A stretch of DNA of 64,000 nucleotides from contig OZ316893.1 in NCBI GenBank assembly GCA_973895155.1, positions 12,540,359 through 12,604,358 on the forward strand. The letters are read 5' to 3'. This DNA comes from Marsupella aquatica (lineage: Eukaryota; Plantae; Marchantiophyta). The position numbers and the translations under genes are program-made. The notes beneath the pieces were generated by a model, which had not been told where the DNA came from, searched no databases, and was given only the letters and a program-made list of their open reading frames with translations. Below are positions 13,201-24,680 of this stretch, piece after piece. How positions within the stretch are numbered: the first letter of the stretch is position 1; each line of letters begins with the position of its first letter.

Positions 13201-15160
13201 CGCAAATCCCCTTGACTTTAGCAATTCCATCTTTCCCGTCATTATGGACAATCCCCCCTTGCAAATGCTCCCTCCAATATGGGTCGACTCTCCTTGCACA
13301 GTGCAACACACTGGCATAGGGCTTGTTTAGTCATAATAGAGGAGCTTGTGGCTTGCCATGCCATAATAGATGTATGGTGTTATGCATAGTGGACAATAAT
13401 TTCTCAATGGGAAGTCCATTAGAGGACTTTTGGATGCGTTGAAAATCTCGTGAGGAATCCTCCTGAGCTCAGCTGGGTTTGGAGGCGTCGTTGGGTCTTG
13501 AGGTTTGCGGTGGCTATCTTGCCTGCCAGCTTGCCAAATCCTGCCAAAATAGTAGCCAAGTCGCGTTCAGTTTTCCACGAGAGCTTGCATTGGGGAGGAA
13601 ATGCATAGTAGGTACGGGTGTTGAGGCCCAAGTGCAGTTGGTCCCTAGATTCTCAGTTGGGTGGAACCTTTGGGATGGTTGCTGGAGTCAAGGCCAAACT
13701 GGTCGGACCAAAGTTTAGGCAAGCTTTGGACAAGCTTCGGGACAAGCTAGCTTATTTGGGCCATGAGCATGTCCTGGGAGCAAGGCAATCAGCCAACGAC
13801 AAATTATAGGAAGTGGGGAAGCACGGGCGACATCCGTAGAGGGGCTATTCTAGAGAAACAATGGATGTCGGCTGTGGCTTTGGACTTATGGCAAGGCCAT
13901 GCGGTCCCGGGAGGTTCTATTCTCTGGCCTACTTACTAATGTCTATTGAGCTTGAGTCAAGACACTAGTCTTAAAATTCCTAAATCCTACGGGGTTACTT
14001 ACCAAGGTGTTTGGTTGCTTGTTTAGATAGCAAGGACTATTGAGCAACGGTCGTGTTAGGGAGCAAGTGTGGCTTTGTATGGGAGTTGCCACGTACTAGA
14101 GGTGCTCGAGATACCATTTTACTTGCTCAAGGAGTTTTGTGTAGGCGTTCGGGCACCAACTAGAGGGTACTTAGGCAAGGGTGTTGGGCTTGGTGAGGGC
14201 GTTGGGTGGCTGGGTCCACCACTCTTTGGAATCCTATCTCCTTCTTTTGCACCTTTGGTTCTTTTGCAGTGCAATATATATAAATAAAATTCCATTGGAG
14301 GTATTGCAGTGGGATATACCATAAGAATTTGCAAAAACAAACATTAGAGAGAATTCAGCACCTTCGAAAGTGATAGAAGAATATATTGTGATGGTGCTCA
14401 TGTAAGCAATTTAAGAAAGGCAAAACAGCAGGTAAATTGTTGCAATGTGTGCCCACTGTTCTTAAACAAAGGCAAAAAAGCAAGCCCCATAACATATCTG
14501 CCAGCCTGGCCTATGTCAACACAGGTGTTCCTCAATCAGTCAGCATAAAACAAATATGTGAACACAAAAAGTTACTTCATGATGACAAAATACTGTATTT
14601 TTTATTACGCATCATAACCCATCTTTATGCCTGGCCTATGTTATGACATGTAACTATGCAGTATACTCCAGGGCCATACTCCAGGGCTCAACCAGGCTTT
14701 TCAGTTTGTAGTTCAATAGGGCTTTGGTTCATTGTTGTTCCTACCGTTGAGGTTAACATCTCTTAGGCTTTTCAGGTTCCTTGGTCTTCCCAGTTTCTTC
14801 CATTGCTTGCCCCCTTTGTAGTGTAGTGTTTCTTGACTTTTGGGATCCTGTCTACCCGTATGCCACTTTTTATTATCCTGCAATCAAAGATTATAATAAA
14901 CACTCCTACTACTTTTTGCAGTGGTGTTTGCAATGCCAAAAATTTTCTAGGAAGGAACCAAAACAAGGAGGACACACAAAGAAACTAGAACAAGGGGAGA
15001 AGGTGACACAGAAAGAATGGGAGAAAAGGGAAGGGATAGAGGAGAAGGGGACTCAAGGGAGGAGGATCAAGGAGTATTTTTCCTCCCACCACCCCGGCCA
15101 GAACTTTGCACCAATTGCATAAAGTCCTAAACATGGTCCACCAATGTCAATCCTAAGAGT

Positions 15161-15304
15161 TTTTGGGGTTTTGACTCGACCTTGGCTAGGTTAACTAGAG
15201 TAAGTTAACTGGAGTTAACATTAGTGAATTAGTGAGTCTTCATGAAGGGATAACCCTCTTTGTATCCAATGGAGAGACTACATGATTGTAGTAGTTGAGA
15301 ACTT

Positions 15305-15343
<39 letters not shown>

Positions 15344-15577
15344 TAGAGAGAGAGCTTGGACTATGGACCCAACTATGGAGGTATGGTGATGTATTCATTG
15401 TGAAGCTCTTGATGCGGCCATGTATGTAGCCCGGACACCGGCTCAAATGGGATGAATCAAACACATACATATATATGTATATATCTTAGTTTGTGTCGGT
15501 GTACTTGTGTGCTATGTGTGCAGTGATTGATTTTGAGACGTCATACTCTCGGTCATGCTGTCCATTTTGATCTTACA
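15161..15577 (+). mobile_element. Probable solo LTR of a second family, containing a (GT)n run
   Basis: Flanked by AGAGT at 15156-15160 and 15578-15582 and ends in TTACA. The 5' end reads TTTTGG, so the expected TG would be mutated. Composition resembles the other LTRs. Confidence 0.6.
15307..15340. repeat. (GT)17 microsatellite
   Basis: Direct reading. Confidence 0.95.
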
Positions 15578-18500
15578 AGAGTACCCTGTTTGTGGCAATT
15601 GCCAAACACTACAAATTGAGACTTTTAAAATAATTGGTTAGAGTGTGAAGTGGGCCATCAGCTGCATTTCTTTGTAAGGCCAAACTAGAGCCTCTTATTA
15701 GCCTATGCCCAAATGCCTGCCCTTGTCCTCTTTTACGCAAAACATTATTTCACATAACTATGTCCTTTCCTTCATGATATCTTTTGTGAAGTGATTTTTT
15801 TTATGCAATGACTTTTGGCAGCATGTCGTGCACATAGACATGCACATAACATTGCTACGCACACAACATACATCGATTGTCAATCCAAACATAGTTGCAA
15901 TCTAACATCACAAACATAAGATAATGAAGTACATGTCAAGTGAAACTCATGCCCAAAACCCACTATAATCTTTCAAGAATTAAACAACGATTGATATTTG
16001 CAATGCACAACCGATCCCGTCCGATGCAATCACCAATGTATGTCATGCCAATTAATATAATTATGCACTCAAGAAATCCATATTATTTCCTACACACATA
16101 ACCTGGTCAGTCACACTGTAGTTGCTAGAGCTTGTCCCTTGAAGGTTCAACATCAAAAGATGAGGCCCTTGAGCCACCACAAAGGGATAGATAATTATCA
16201 TTCCCCAAAATGTATTAATAAGAGCCCTAAAATGCCCCAAATTAGCACACATGCAAAAACTCTAAATCTAGATAGCACATTATACTATACAAACCCCTGG
16301 GCCCTCACTAAAGGGCAATGTAACGAGATATACCTATGACCAAAGCCTCCCCTGGTACCCCTTATTATATTTTTGAGGAATATTTAAATCCATCTTGTTC
16401 ATTCCAAACAGAAATTTCAGTCCTATATAAAATCCTCGTAGGTTATTATCATCGTTGATATTTTAGGATTTAGAACACCCTTCATTTGTTATAAAAAACA
16501 AGGTTAGGGGATGCATATAAGGGTCTTCTTCACCTTGGGCCGTCCATTCAAGGGCAACCTCTCATTGACTCGCTCATTGAACGGCTCCAAGAACCCAAAA
16601 TCCAGGTTACACCCAAATACAAGAGGGTCGGGGAGGGGGTTTAGGGTTCTCATGTGAAAACTAGTATGAGAGACTAACCCTGTCACATACCCTAAACCAA
16701 TGAGACCATGACACGTGGACCAATCAAATGCTGACACCTATCATGGAGTATTTAATACCCCACCAGCTTATGTAATGGGCAACCAAATTTACAATAGTCT
16801 CCATTCCTTCTAACCTAGACTACAAGCTAGATAAATAACATAAGTATGCCCTCAAGGGCTCGTTCAAGGGTCTGACTACATGGAGACCTCCCTATCACCT
16901 GCAATGTTTTTAGGCCTTGAGCCCCCAAAAATGTAAGATTTAAAAAATAAAATTTAACCCCTACAAAGTTGGAATATTTTTGGAATATTCAAAATTTTGA
17001 TTAAAACGATCTTAATGCTCTTATGAGTCTCAAAATTGAATTTAAAAGACCCTAAATTGTACGTTCTTTTGCAAAAATTCTTAAATCTTCCCTTAGAACC
17101 AATAAAACTACTTTATCTTTCGTTGCACTTGATGTGCCATTTTTGTGGAAATGAAACCCCCAAGAGTATGCCAAGAGATTTGATGGATGTGGACGGGGAG
17201 CAATATTTAGACATGTCCATTTTTATCTAAATCTCACTTTCCAGAATTTGTTTGCTCACTATAAACTAAGACTTTCTTCTAGCATTTTCAGTGGTCTAGA
17301 CTTCATAGACCCCCTACTTAAAAACTTTTACTTGATCAACCCTCTCAAAACATTTTTGCCCCAATAGGCCCCCTCTTCATGAGCCATACCTTTGATGCCT
17401 GGAGGTCTACTGGGAGAGAAAATGCCAGTTGGGTCTAGTGAGAATGAAAGTTTATTTAAGAGGTCCACAAAGCATACCTTTACGAACGCCTTATCCCCTG
17501 TTTGATTTCTATCTTGATGGTCTTCTTTAGACATCTGGAGTGTGTCCGGTGTACTTCAAAGGGCTAGGGCTTTAACTGTTCTTTGTAGAGTCAAGGGGGC
17601 TGGTTTTAGGCTCTCTAAACAGATTCTTTATGTGACACTCCTAGCTATACTAGGCTTTTCAGTTTTTTGCCTAGTAGGGTTATAGTCAGCTTGGCTACTT
17701 AGGTTTTTATTTATTTATACATTTGTTCCCTTTGTTATTATGGTGGTCTCCCTGATTGTTTGAGTCTCTTTGGTCTTTTGGGGTCTTTCCTTTTCCTTTC
17801 CCTCCCTTTAGTGGGTCCTTGTGCCTTCGGAATCCTCTCTCCCAGTTTGGCAGGTTTGTCCTTTGGCAGCCTGATATATATGTTTGCTATCTTGATGCGA
17901 GTCTCGATGTAACACCCTAGAGATTCTTGAAACAATAACCCTCAAAATCCTAACTTTAAACCCATTAATACAAAAGATATACAATCAATAATGTAGATCC
18001 CATTTCATTCTCTTAGCAGGTGCGTGAACCAAACAGAAAAGGTCCACAAGGGCGGGTTTCCCTGAGTGAAAAACAGAGAAAAAAACAACAAAAAAACAAA
18101 TAATGTTGTCTATTTTGTTAGGTAGCACATCAGCTTAACGTATCAGATTTTATTCCAGCATGGCAATTAACACACGGCAATGTTCAGTTCAATACGTTGT
18201 ATATGTCACAGTCACAGGTAATGGAAAAAAAACTATTGTCTAAACATACTCCTGGATAAGAATGGCTTTACAAAAAAAAAAAGATGGTCTGGGTTGTAAT
18301 CTAAACATACTCCTGGCTTATCCTAGCTACTATAAAATCAGATTGGGTTTTTAAAAAACATTTTGGTCATGAGGGTTATAGCCTAATAACCTTTTACTAT
18401 ACATGGACTGCCAAATGCCCTTTTATCGTAATTTTTAAAATTTTGTATTGTACTACTTTTCCCAAGGCCCTTGAGCACTACTTCCTTGGCACTCACAGTC

Positions 18501-18749
18501 ATTATAATTATTTGCTGACATTATGTGGTGAGGTGCCCATGGTCCAGAAGTTTTTTAGTGGCTATATGTCGTTAAAGTTACTTGTCTGAAATGTCTTAGC
18601 CACTTTGGCAAAAGACCCAGCTAGAGACTCAATCCAGTAACCAGAATGGCAGGGTCATTTTCAATCTAATGAGATAAATTTATCTATTGGGCCTCCCGAC
18701 AGGTTTCGCTTAGTGACCCTCTTATGCAATTTATTTCACAGCCAACTAA

Positions 18750-19241
18750 AGATTACTATTTGATAACAGATCAGATAGAACGTTAGTTGGCTATGTAGAT
18801 TCTGACTATGGAGGCTGTCTGGATACAAAGAGGTCTACAACTGGGTTTGTATACACTCTTGGAGGAGGATATATCAGTTGGAAATCTACCTTGCAGAAGT
18901 GCATTTCTCAATCTATTACAGAAGCAGAGTATGTTGCAACAGCAGAAGCAGCAAAGGAAGTAATTTGGTTGGATAAGTTGATCGCAAAGATGGGTTTAGA
19001 GCATGGCAAAATGACTCTAAACTGTGATAGTCAGAGTGCTCTTCACTTCGCTGCTAACCAGGTGATGGATTGCAAGGTGAAGCACATTGATATCAGATAC
19101 CATTTTATCAGGCAAGCAATGTCTGATAAAACTTTTGAGCTAGTCAAGATTGATGGAAAGTTCAATCCCGCTGATGCCTTTACCAAAGTGATTCCTTTGG
19201 AGAGTTTCTCAAGACACCGTGCTACTTTGCAGGTTTTGTAG
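18750..19241 (+). pseudogene. Ty1/copia pol 3' fragment (RNase H domain), 5'-truncated
   Basis: LVGYVDSDYGGCLDTKRSTTGFVYTLGGGYISWKS...SITEAEYVA...CDSQSA...KHIDIRYHFIR...NPADAFTK are canonical copia RNase H motifs. No RT, integrase or gag is visible upstream. Confidence 0.95.
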
Positions 19242-19454
19242 TTGTAGAGCAAGTAGAGTTATTTAGCAATGTGTGACTATTTGTATATGGATTACTAATT
19301 CCTGTTTGGCTACGGCTTAGTTCTAGTTAACCCTTAGTTAACCCTTGTGGTTTTTTGGGGGAGACCTAGTTTGGTGATTGTCTAGAACTTCCCGCTGAGG
19401 ATTCCATATGGTAGCATTTAGTCCAGTCCCCAAGACAAGAGTCAAGGGGGAATT

Positions 19455-19798
19455 TCTTAGATATTGCTCTAGTCTTGGGACTCATGAGCTAACTACAGTT
19501 AGGCTAACTTGGGTTAGGACTTAGCTAATGTTAACGGTAGTGCTATTGTGTATATAGCCAGGGCTGATGCCAGACCCTGGTGGAACTTAGGCTCATTGTT
19601 ACGGAGCTAGTTGAGAGATAGGGAGAGTTTGTGCTGTGGATGCTTGGTATGGCCGGTCGGCCTAGAGTGTAGTAAAGCTCTTGTGTGTTCCCATGAACGT
19701 AGCCTCATGTGGATGTGAACCATGTATCTCTCTGTGTCGACTCTTGTGCGTTGGATGGTTCATGGACTTGCCGTTACGAATGTCGTCTATGCTCAACA
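19455..19798 (+). mobile_element. LTR of the truncated copia element
   Basis: Preceded by a polypurine tract (AAGGGGGAA, 19444-19452), begins TCTTAG (TGTTAG in the solo copy) and ends CAACA. The 3' ~217 bp match the solo LTR at 5796-6012. Confidence 0.9.
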
Positions 19799-20507
19799 AA
19801 TGGTATAAATTCTTCACTCAATAGGGTGTTAACTTTTATAATTATTTTTTGGTAAATATGGTGTTAACTTTTATAGTTATTTTTTGGTACTTGTTCCTTT
19901 GTTGGCTTTTGGGTTGTTTTTATTGGGGCCGTTCCCTCTCGATTACTCCCCTTCATATCTTTTCCTTTGCCGTTAGGATCATGTCTCCCCATTGACGTTT
20001 TCTAACCTTGGGCACTGTGATATATACTATAGTGAAATTAGATACACAATCTTTCTGGCATCTTGCTCTGGCAAGGGCACATTCGTCACTGTGGCTAGAA
20101 AGACAATAACATAAAAAATTAGACTGCCATGGACGGCGGTATGTCGGAGCTTTCGGAGTTTGGACAGCTTTCTCAACCTTTCAAGGATTGGCGACTTGAA
20201 GAATAACGTACTTTAGAGTGGCCCCAATCATGTTCCCGAGGATCAATTCCGCATGGCATTTGCTCTTTTAAATGGACCAGCAGGATTAATTAGTGGTCCG
20301 CAACTTCGCTCTGCACCCTTGCAACTGAGAAATGGGTGGTCGGAAACTGAGCTTCCCAAGCTCGGCCAATGCGGAAGGGCGGAAAATGAAACGTATGGCG
20401 GTGCAATTTCCCGAAGCCTGAAGACAACAGTTGTGGGTCACTAGTTTTTCCAGGTAGTCAAACAGCACACGAGTTAAAGTTTCCGCTCCCGCAGTAAAGG
20501 CAGCAGC

Positions 20508-20588
20508 TACCGGTCTAGACAATCCTGGATCAACTCCGCTCCCAATTTACCGGTCTAGACAGACCTGGATCAACTCCCCTCCCAATTT
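20508..20588. repeat. ~40-bp tandem duplication
   Basis: TACCGGTCTAGACA..CCTGGATCAACTCC.CTCCCAATTT occurs twice, with a partial third copy near 20615. Confidence 0.85.
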
Positions 20589-20699
20589 GCATGCAGTAAG
20601 ATAAACGCAGCATCTACCGGTCTAATTAATAGACAGATTGGTAGTGGCCCACCAAGAAAGATTGAACTTGGCAAGTCGACGAGTCGATGGCATCATGTA

Positions 20700-22870
20700 A
20701 GCTGTTCTCGTGGGGCGCGAGGAGCTCTGCTGATTGCTTGATTGCTATCCAGAGGCGTTTCAATTATTTGCTCTAGACTCAGGCTCTGAGGGCAAGAATG
20801 GAGGACGTCGTTCTTCAGCTCCGATTCGCTTTCAATTAAGTATATCAGATTCGATATTGTGCTCTAACTTATCAGTTCCCTCCGAATTTTGGAAAGCCAG
20901 TTTTTGCCGTAACCGGATGTTTCTCTCTGCGAGGCCCATTCCTTTCCAGTACGTTGGAGTGCTTGGGAGAGACAGAGTCGGCGCTTCTCAGCTGGGTTGC
21001 TGCAAATCTCTAATGCTGGATGTCTGTGAGCCGTTTCCAACTTGATTGTGTGGCCTAGTAAGAGCGCTTTTGGTTTTTTCGCATCCGCATGGCATTCGAG
21101 TTGTTCGCCGAATGGAGCAGACAGCCCTGACTCTGCCAATTTTAGGCCGTCAGACGACTAACGGGTATTACTTCTGATGCAAAATCTGCCGATCCTGCTT
21201 TCAAGTCTGGAGCTGTCGCATCTTCTTCGTTTTTCCGAGGATTGATTTTCAATTTCTTTAAATGTGGCGCTGTTCACAGATCTACGTTTCCGATTGCTTA
21301 AGCTGCTGTCTGTTTGTCTTATTGCACTTGGTTGCTCTTTGTGTAGCGCAATGGAATCGATTGTGGGATGCACTGGCCAGATCACTGGAATGGCTGCTTT
21401 AGCATCGACAATGGCGAAAACAAGCAGAAAGTCAATGATGTTGGCCCTCCAGAGGCCCCATGCGGAGTTTTTCCAGAGACGGATGACAATGGATGATCGG
21501 AGGATATAGATTCGCCTTTGACTAAGTATATCTTTAGCACAAATTCCCATTTCATTCAAGACTATCGTCTTTGCACCCTCATGACCCACAGGGGTTGTGC
21601 TACTGATCCACCTAGTCCAGACCAATTTGTTCCCGATTTTGTTCCATAATCTCTGCAAGTGTAGAAGCCCCCTTGTGATTCAGAGCTAGGTGAGTATTCC
21701 TAGATTAAATACTCACCTTAACCACCAAAAGAACTTCGAGATTGAACTACTTGCCGTTGGAGCAACAGCCTTGTATTTTCCACACTGGAACATGAATGTG
21801 ACTTCTGTTTTTCTTGAATGGTGTCTAACAGGAAAATCCAGGTGAGGACATTGGAATCTGAGAGGTAATTCAAGCAAGTTGCTGCAGTCCAACGAAATAT
21901 TGGACAGGTACTTTTAAACGGAACGTTCCAATCCAGTCCATAGTAAAACAGTTCCCTTTCCAGATGAGACTGAAGTTTGTCACTTATTCTTTTGTTCCTC
22001 TAAACACCGGCACCTCTTTGTCTAAGAGAGAATTTGTTTCTAAGTGATTTTCCGTGGGCTGTTACAGGCAATTCGTTCGGCAACAGCTTTGAATCTTTCC
22101 TAGGATATAAGTTATTGGTGAGGTTCTGGTTCGTTGGCTGGTCTTTGTTTGGTTATCTAAATATTTATATGGCTTTCCTTAGCTGTACATATAACTTCAT
22201 ATGGATATAGGAACAATGCTGTTCAAAAATTCTTCCAGGATAAGGTCCCTGAAAAATCTCAAGTCTACTATTGTAAACAAGTATACAATCATTTGGCAAT
22301 TGATGTTTGCAACTATGCCGTTTGAAAGAAATGTAGCAGGTGCTGAGGATTGTGTGCCTGTATGGCTTGTGCGCAGGTGCCTGCTCTGACATTGATTCAT
22401 ATCATTGAGACAGACAATTTCTATTTGTTTATTACTATTGTCAAGATTGGTCCTTTTCACTGTACTGATTCACGTCGTTTAGATGGGAACTTCTGTCTGT
22501 TGGCACTAACTTTCTATTTGTTTATATGCTCTATTCTTTGTACTCACACTGACCCTGCTTTTGGACAGATTTCCTAGTCATTTTCTACTCATCTTCTAAA
22601 GGAACTGTAGTACTGTTTATGCTGTCCATGGCTCACAAGTTCTCAGAGTGACCTATGGTACCTTACTACATAGACGGAGGAGTAATTTAGGAGTCTGTGT
22701 GCGCACTTGAAGAGCGGTGCTCTCGTGTCAGACCATTATTGAGGATTGCAAGCTTTCATTTTCAAGCTTGAGAGATCCCATTTGATCTCTGTGCGGACTA
22801 CTTTTCACCCGGCTGACATTGCGGATAGAACTACTAGGAATTAATCTTGTTTGCATTTTACAGCTTGGGC
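20700..22870 (+). ncRNA. Putative spliced transcript without a recognisable CDS (boundaries approximate)
   Basis: Chain of good + strand splice signals: donor 21690 (AG/GTGAGT), exon 21832-21907, exon 22068-22117, acceptor 22568. No homologous ORF recognised. Confidence 0.35.
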
Positions 22871-24329
22871 AAAGCTTGGTGCAAGAGGCAGTTGGCATAG
22901 TTCAAGTTACTTTGCAGTCTTAGCATCTTTGTCAAGTTTTCTTAGGCTAAATTGAGGTTTAGCTAAGTTCTAGCAAATTGGGAAAAGTAGAGGGTAAGTA
23001 CAAGGTTAGAAGGTGGAGTATGTTTTGAGAGGCAAACTATGGACAAACTACACGGTGAACTATATCGTGGACAACAGTATTCATAATTTGGCTTAAAAAT
23101 ACAAGTTAAATTGATTTAAACAATGTAATCCAATAACTCTCATAGTAATCTGGTGTGAGGCACATGTATCTTTCTAAAAAATGATATATAAAGTATCTCT
23201 ATAATATTTATACAATATATTTAATGCTTTATTATTTTCAATTTGTTTTTACTAAAAATCCCCAAAAGTTTGCTAATTTGGTTGTAGATTGCTGTACTAA
23301 AAAAACGTATACAATTTGGGGACAGTTTGGAGAAGCCAAATTTATTACCAAGGTCTCTACTGAACAAGATAAAGATGAACAGGTACACAAAAGAGACATA
23401 CTACTAGAGAAACCTACCATGCAAAGTGGGGGAATACATGGTGTAATTTCTCCTACTTTGCATAGTAGGTTCTTCTAATAATCTGTCAACCCATACATGC
23501 CATCATTGGCTCCATTTGGAGAGGCAATGTTCTTGAAAATATTGTAAAACCTTACAATCATGCTTCAGATACAGGTCGGCAAAGTTATTGAACTGCTTTG
23601 TATTTGAGGAATACTTGTGATTTTTTTTCTGAATTGTCTTGAGAGCAACTCTACTAACCAGCAACATGCAGTAGCAAAATCAGGAGTCAGGCCCCAAGAA
23701 TGGAGGGAGAATACAGACCCATTGAGCCACCTCAAACAGATGCATCCAGTGAGGAGATGTGGCTGAATAATAATAATAATTCAGCTTACTATAATTGGTG
23801 ACTCATGGGGTTTGCTTGTTATTTCCAAATCAAATCAAATGGGGTTTGAATGTACTAAATGTTTGAGGAAATGTTTTGGAAATGGAGAAAATGGTCTCAG
23901 AAAATACTCATACTTTGTAACGTAAGAGATTGGAAATTCGAGATTATGTGGACATAATTTGAGCTCAAACATAGATCTAAAAGTTGCCCAGATAACTACA
24001 TAATTCTGCCAAAAACCAGTTGCACAACTCTGCATAAAACAAGCAGTTTACAGTTTGTTCGATGTCTACCCGAGGGGCCCCAATCCAAGGGGTGTCCCAT
24101 ATCACATGCAAAGGTCTAGGAGAATAAATACCCTGAAAGTTAAGTAAATAATGTTTGACAACTATATTTTTGCCCTAATTTAGTGGAATATTCTTGGAAT
24201 ACTTTATTTTGTCCAAAAACCCCTATGAGTCTTACAATTCTCCAAACTAGACTAAAACAACCCTAATGCCACTCAACAAAAATTCTTCTTCTTTGCTTGT
24301 GATGGGTTGGAAGAAAAGAAGTGAGAACC

Positions 24330-24680
24330 CCGGGTGTCTGACTGTCAAAGAAACCCATCAAACAGATGATGGAGATGCCAAAGTATGTCAAGAGCAAAGA
24401 GAAGAGCAAGGGAAGGAAGCTAGATGACAAATCAAGTGCAACACATTTGGCCTCTTTTGTCATTGCTCCCCTAGTTGCTGCTTCCCCCACCATTGTTGCC
24501 ATTCTCTGATATAATATTCTCGTACAAAGGGTTGGCCACCACAATATCAGCCAAGGTATGCCGACCATCACAGACCACGTTAAGATCAACCCGTAATCGG
24601 TGTGGTGGAGGACCAGGAAAAATTGAGCACCAGCTCCCATCACACATGTGCCAAAGTCCGAAGAAAACCTGAACACTAGC
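24330..24680 (-). pseudogene. Relic of a non-LTR retrotransposon restriction-like endonuclease (RLE) C-terminus, CRE-like
   Basis: RLRVDLNVVCDGRHTLADIVVANP then, after a frameshift, AATRGAMTKEAK...FLPL. This fits the R-x-D...D-x-x-x-x-P...A..K..K...F-x-P pattern of RLE domains. Confidence 0.6.

Larger units (their letters stand above)
11535..17340. mobile_element. Degenerate long-inverted-repeat element (possible Mutator/foldback-like relic) with nested insertions
   Basis: ~11535-12000 matches the reverse complement of ~16850-17340 in colinear blocks, e.g. TTTTATTGGTTCTAAGGGAAGATTTAA and GAGACTYATAAGASCATTAAGAT. The interior has stop-interrupted coding-like sequence at 13000-14340 (-). No TSD or transposase motif was recognised. 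Confidence 0.5.

Noticed and set aside
21465-21535. Minus-strand peptide SQRRIYILRSSIVIRLW resembling the DVL/RTFL motif QRARxYIxRRCxxMLLCW
   Set aside because: Lacks both cysteines, needs two gaps, is not at the ORF C-terminus, and lies antisense to the splice signals; probably chance.
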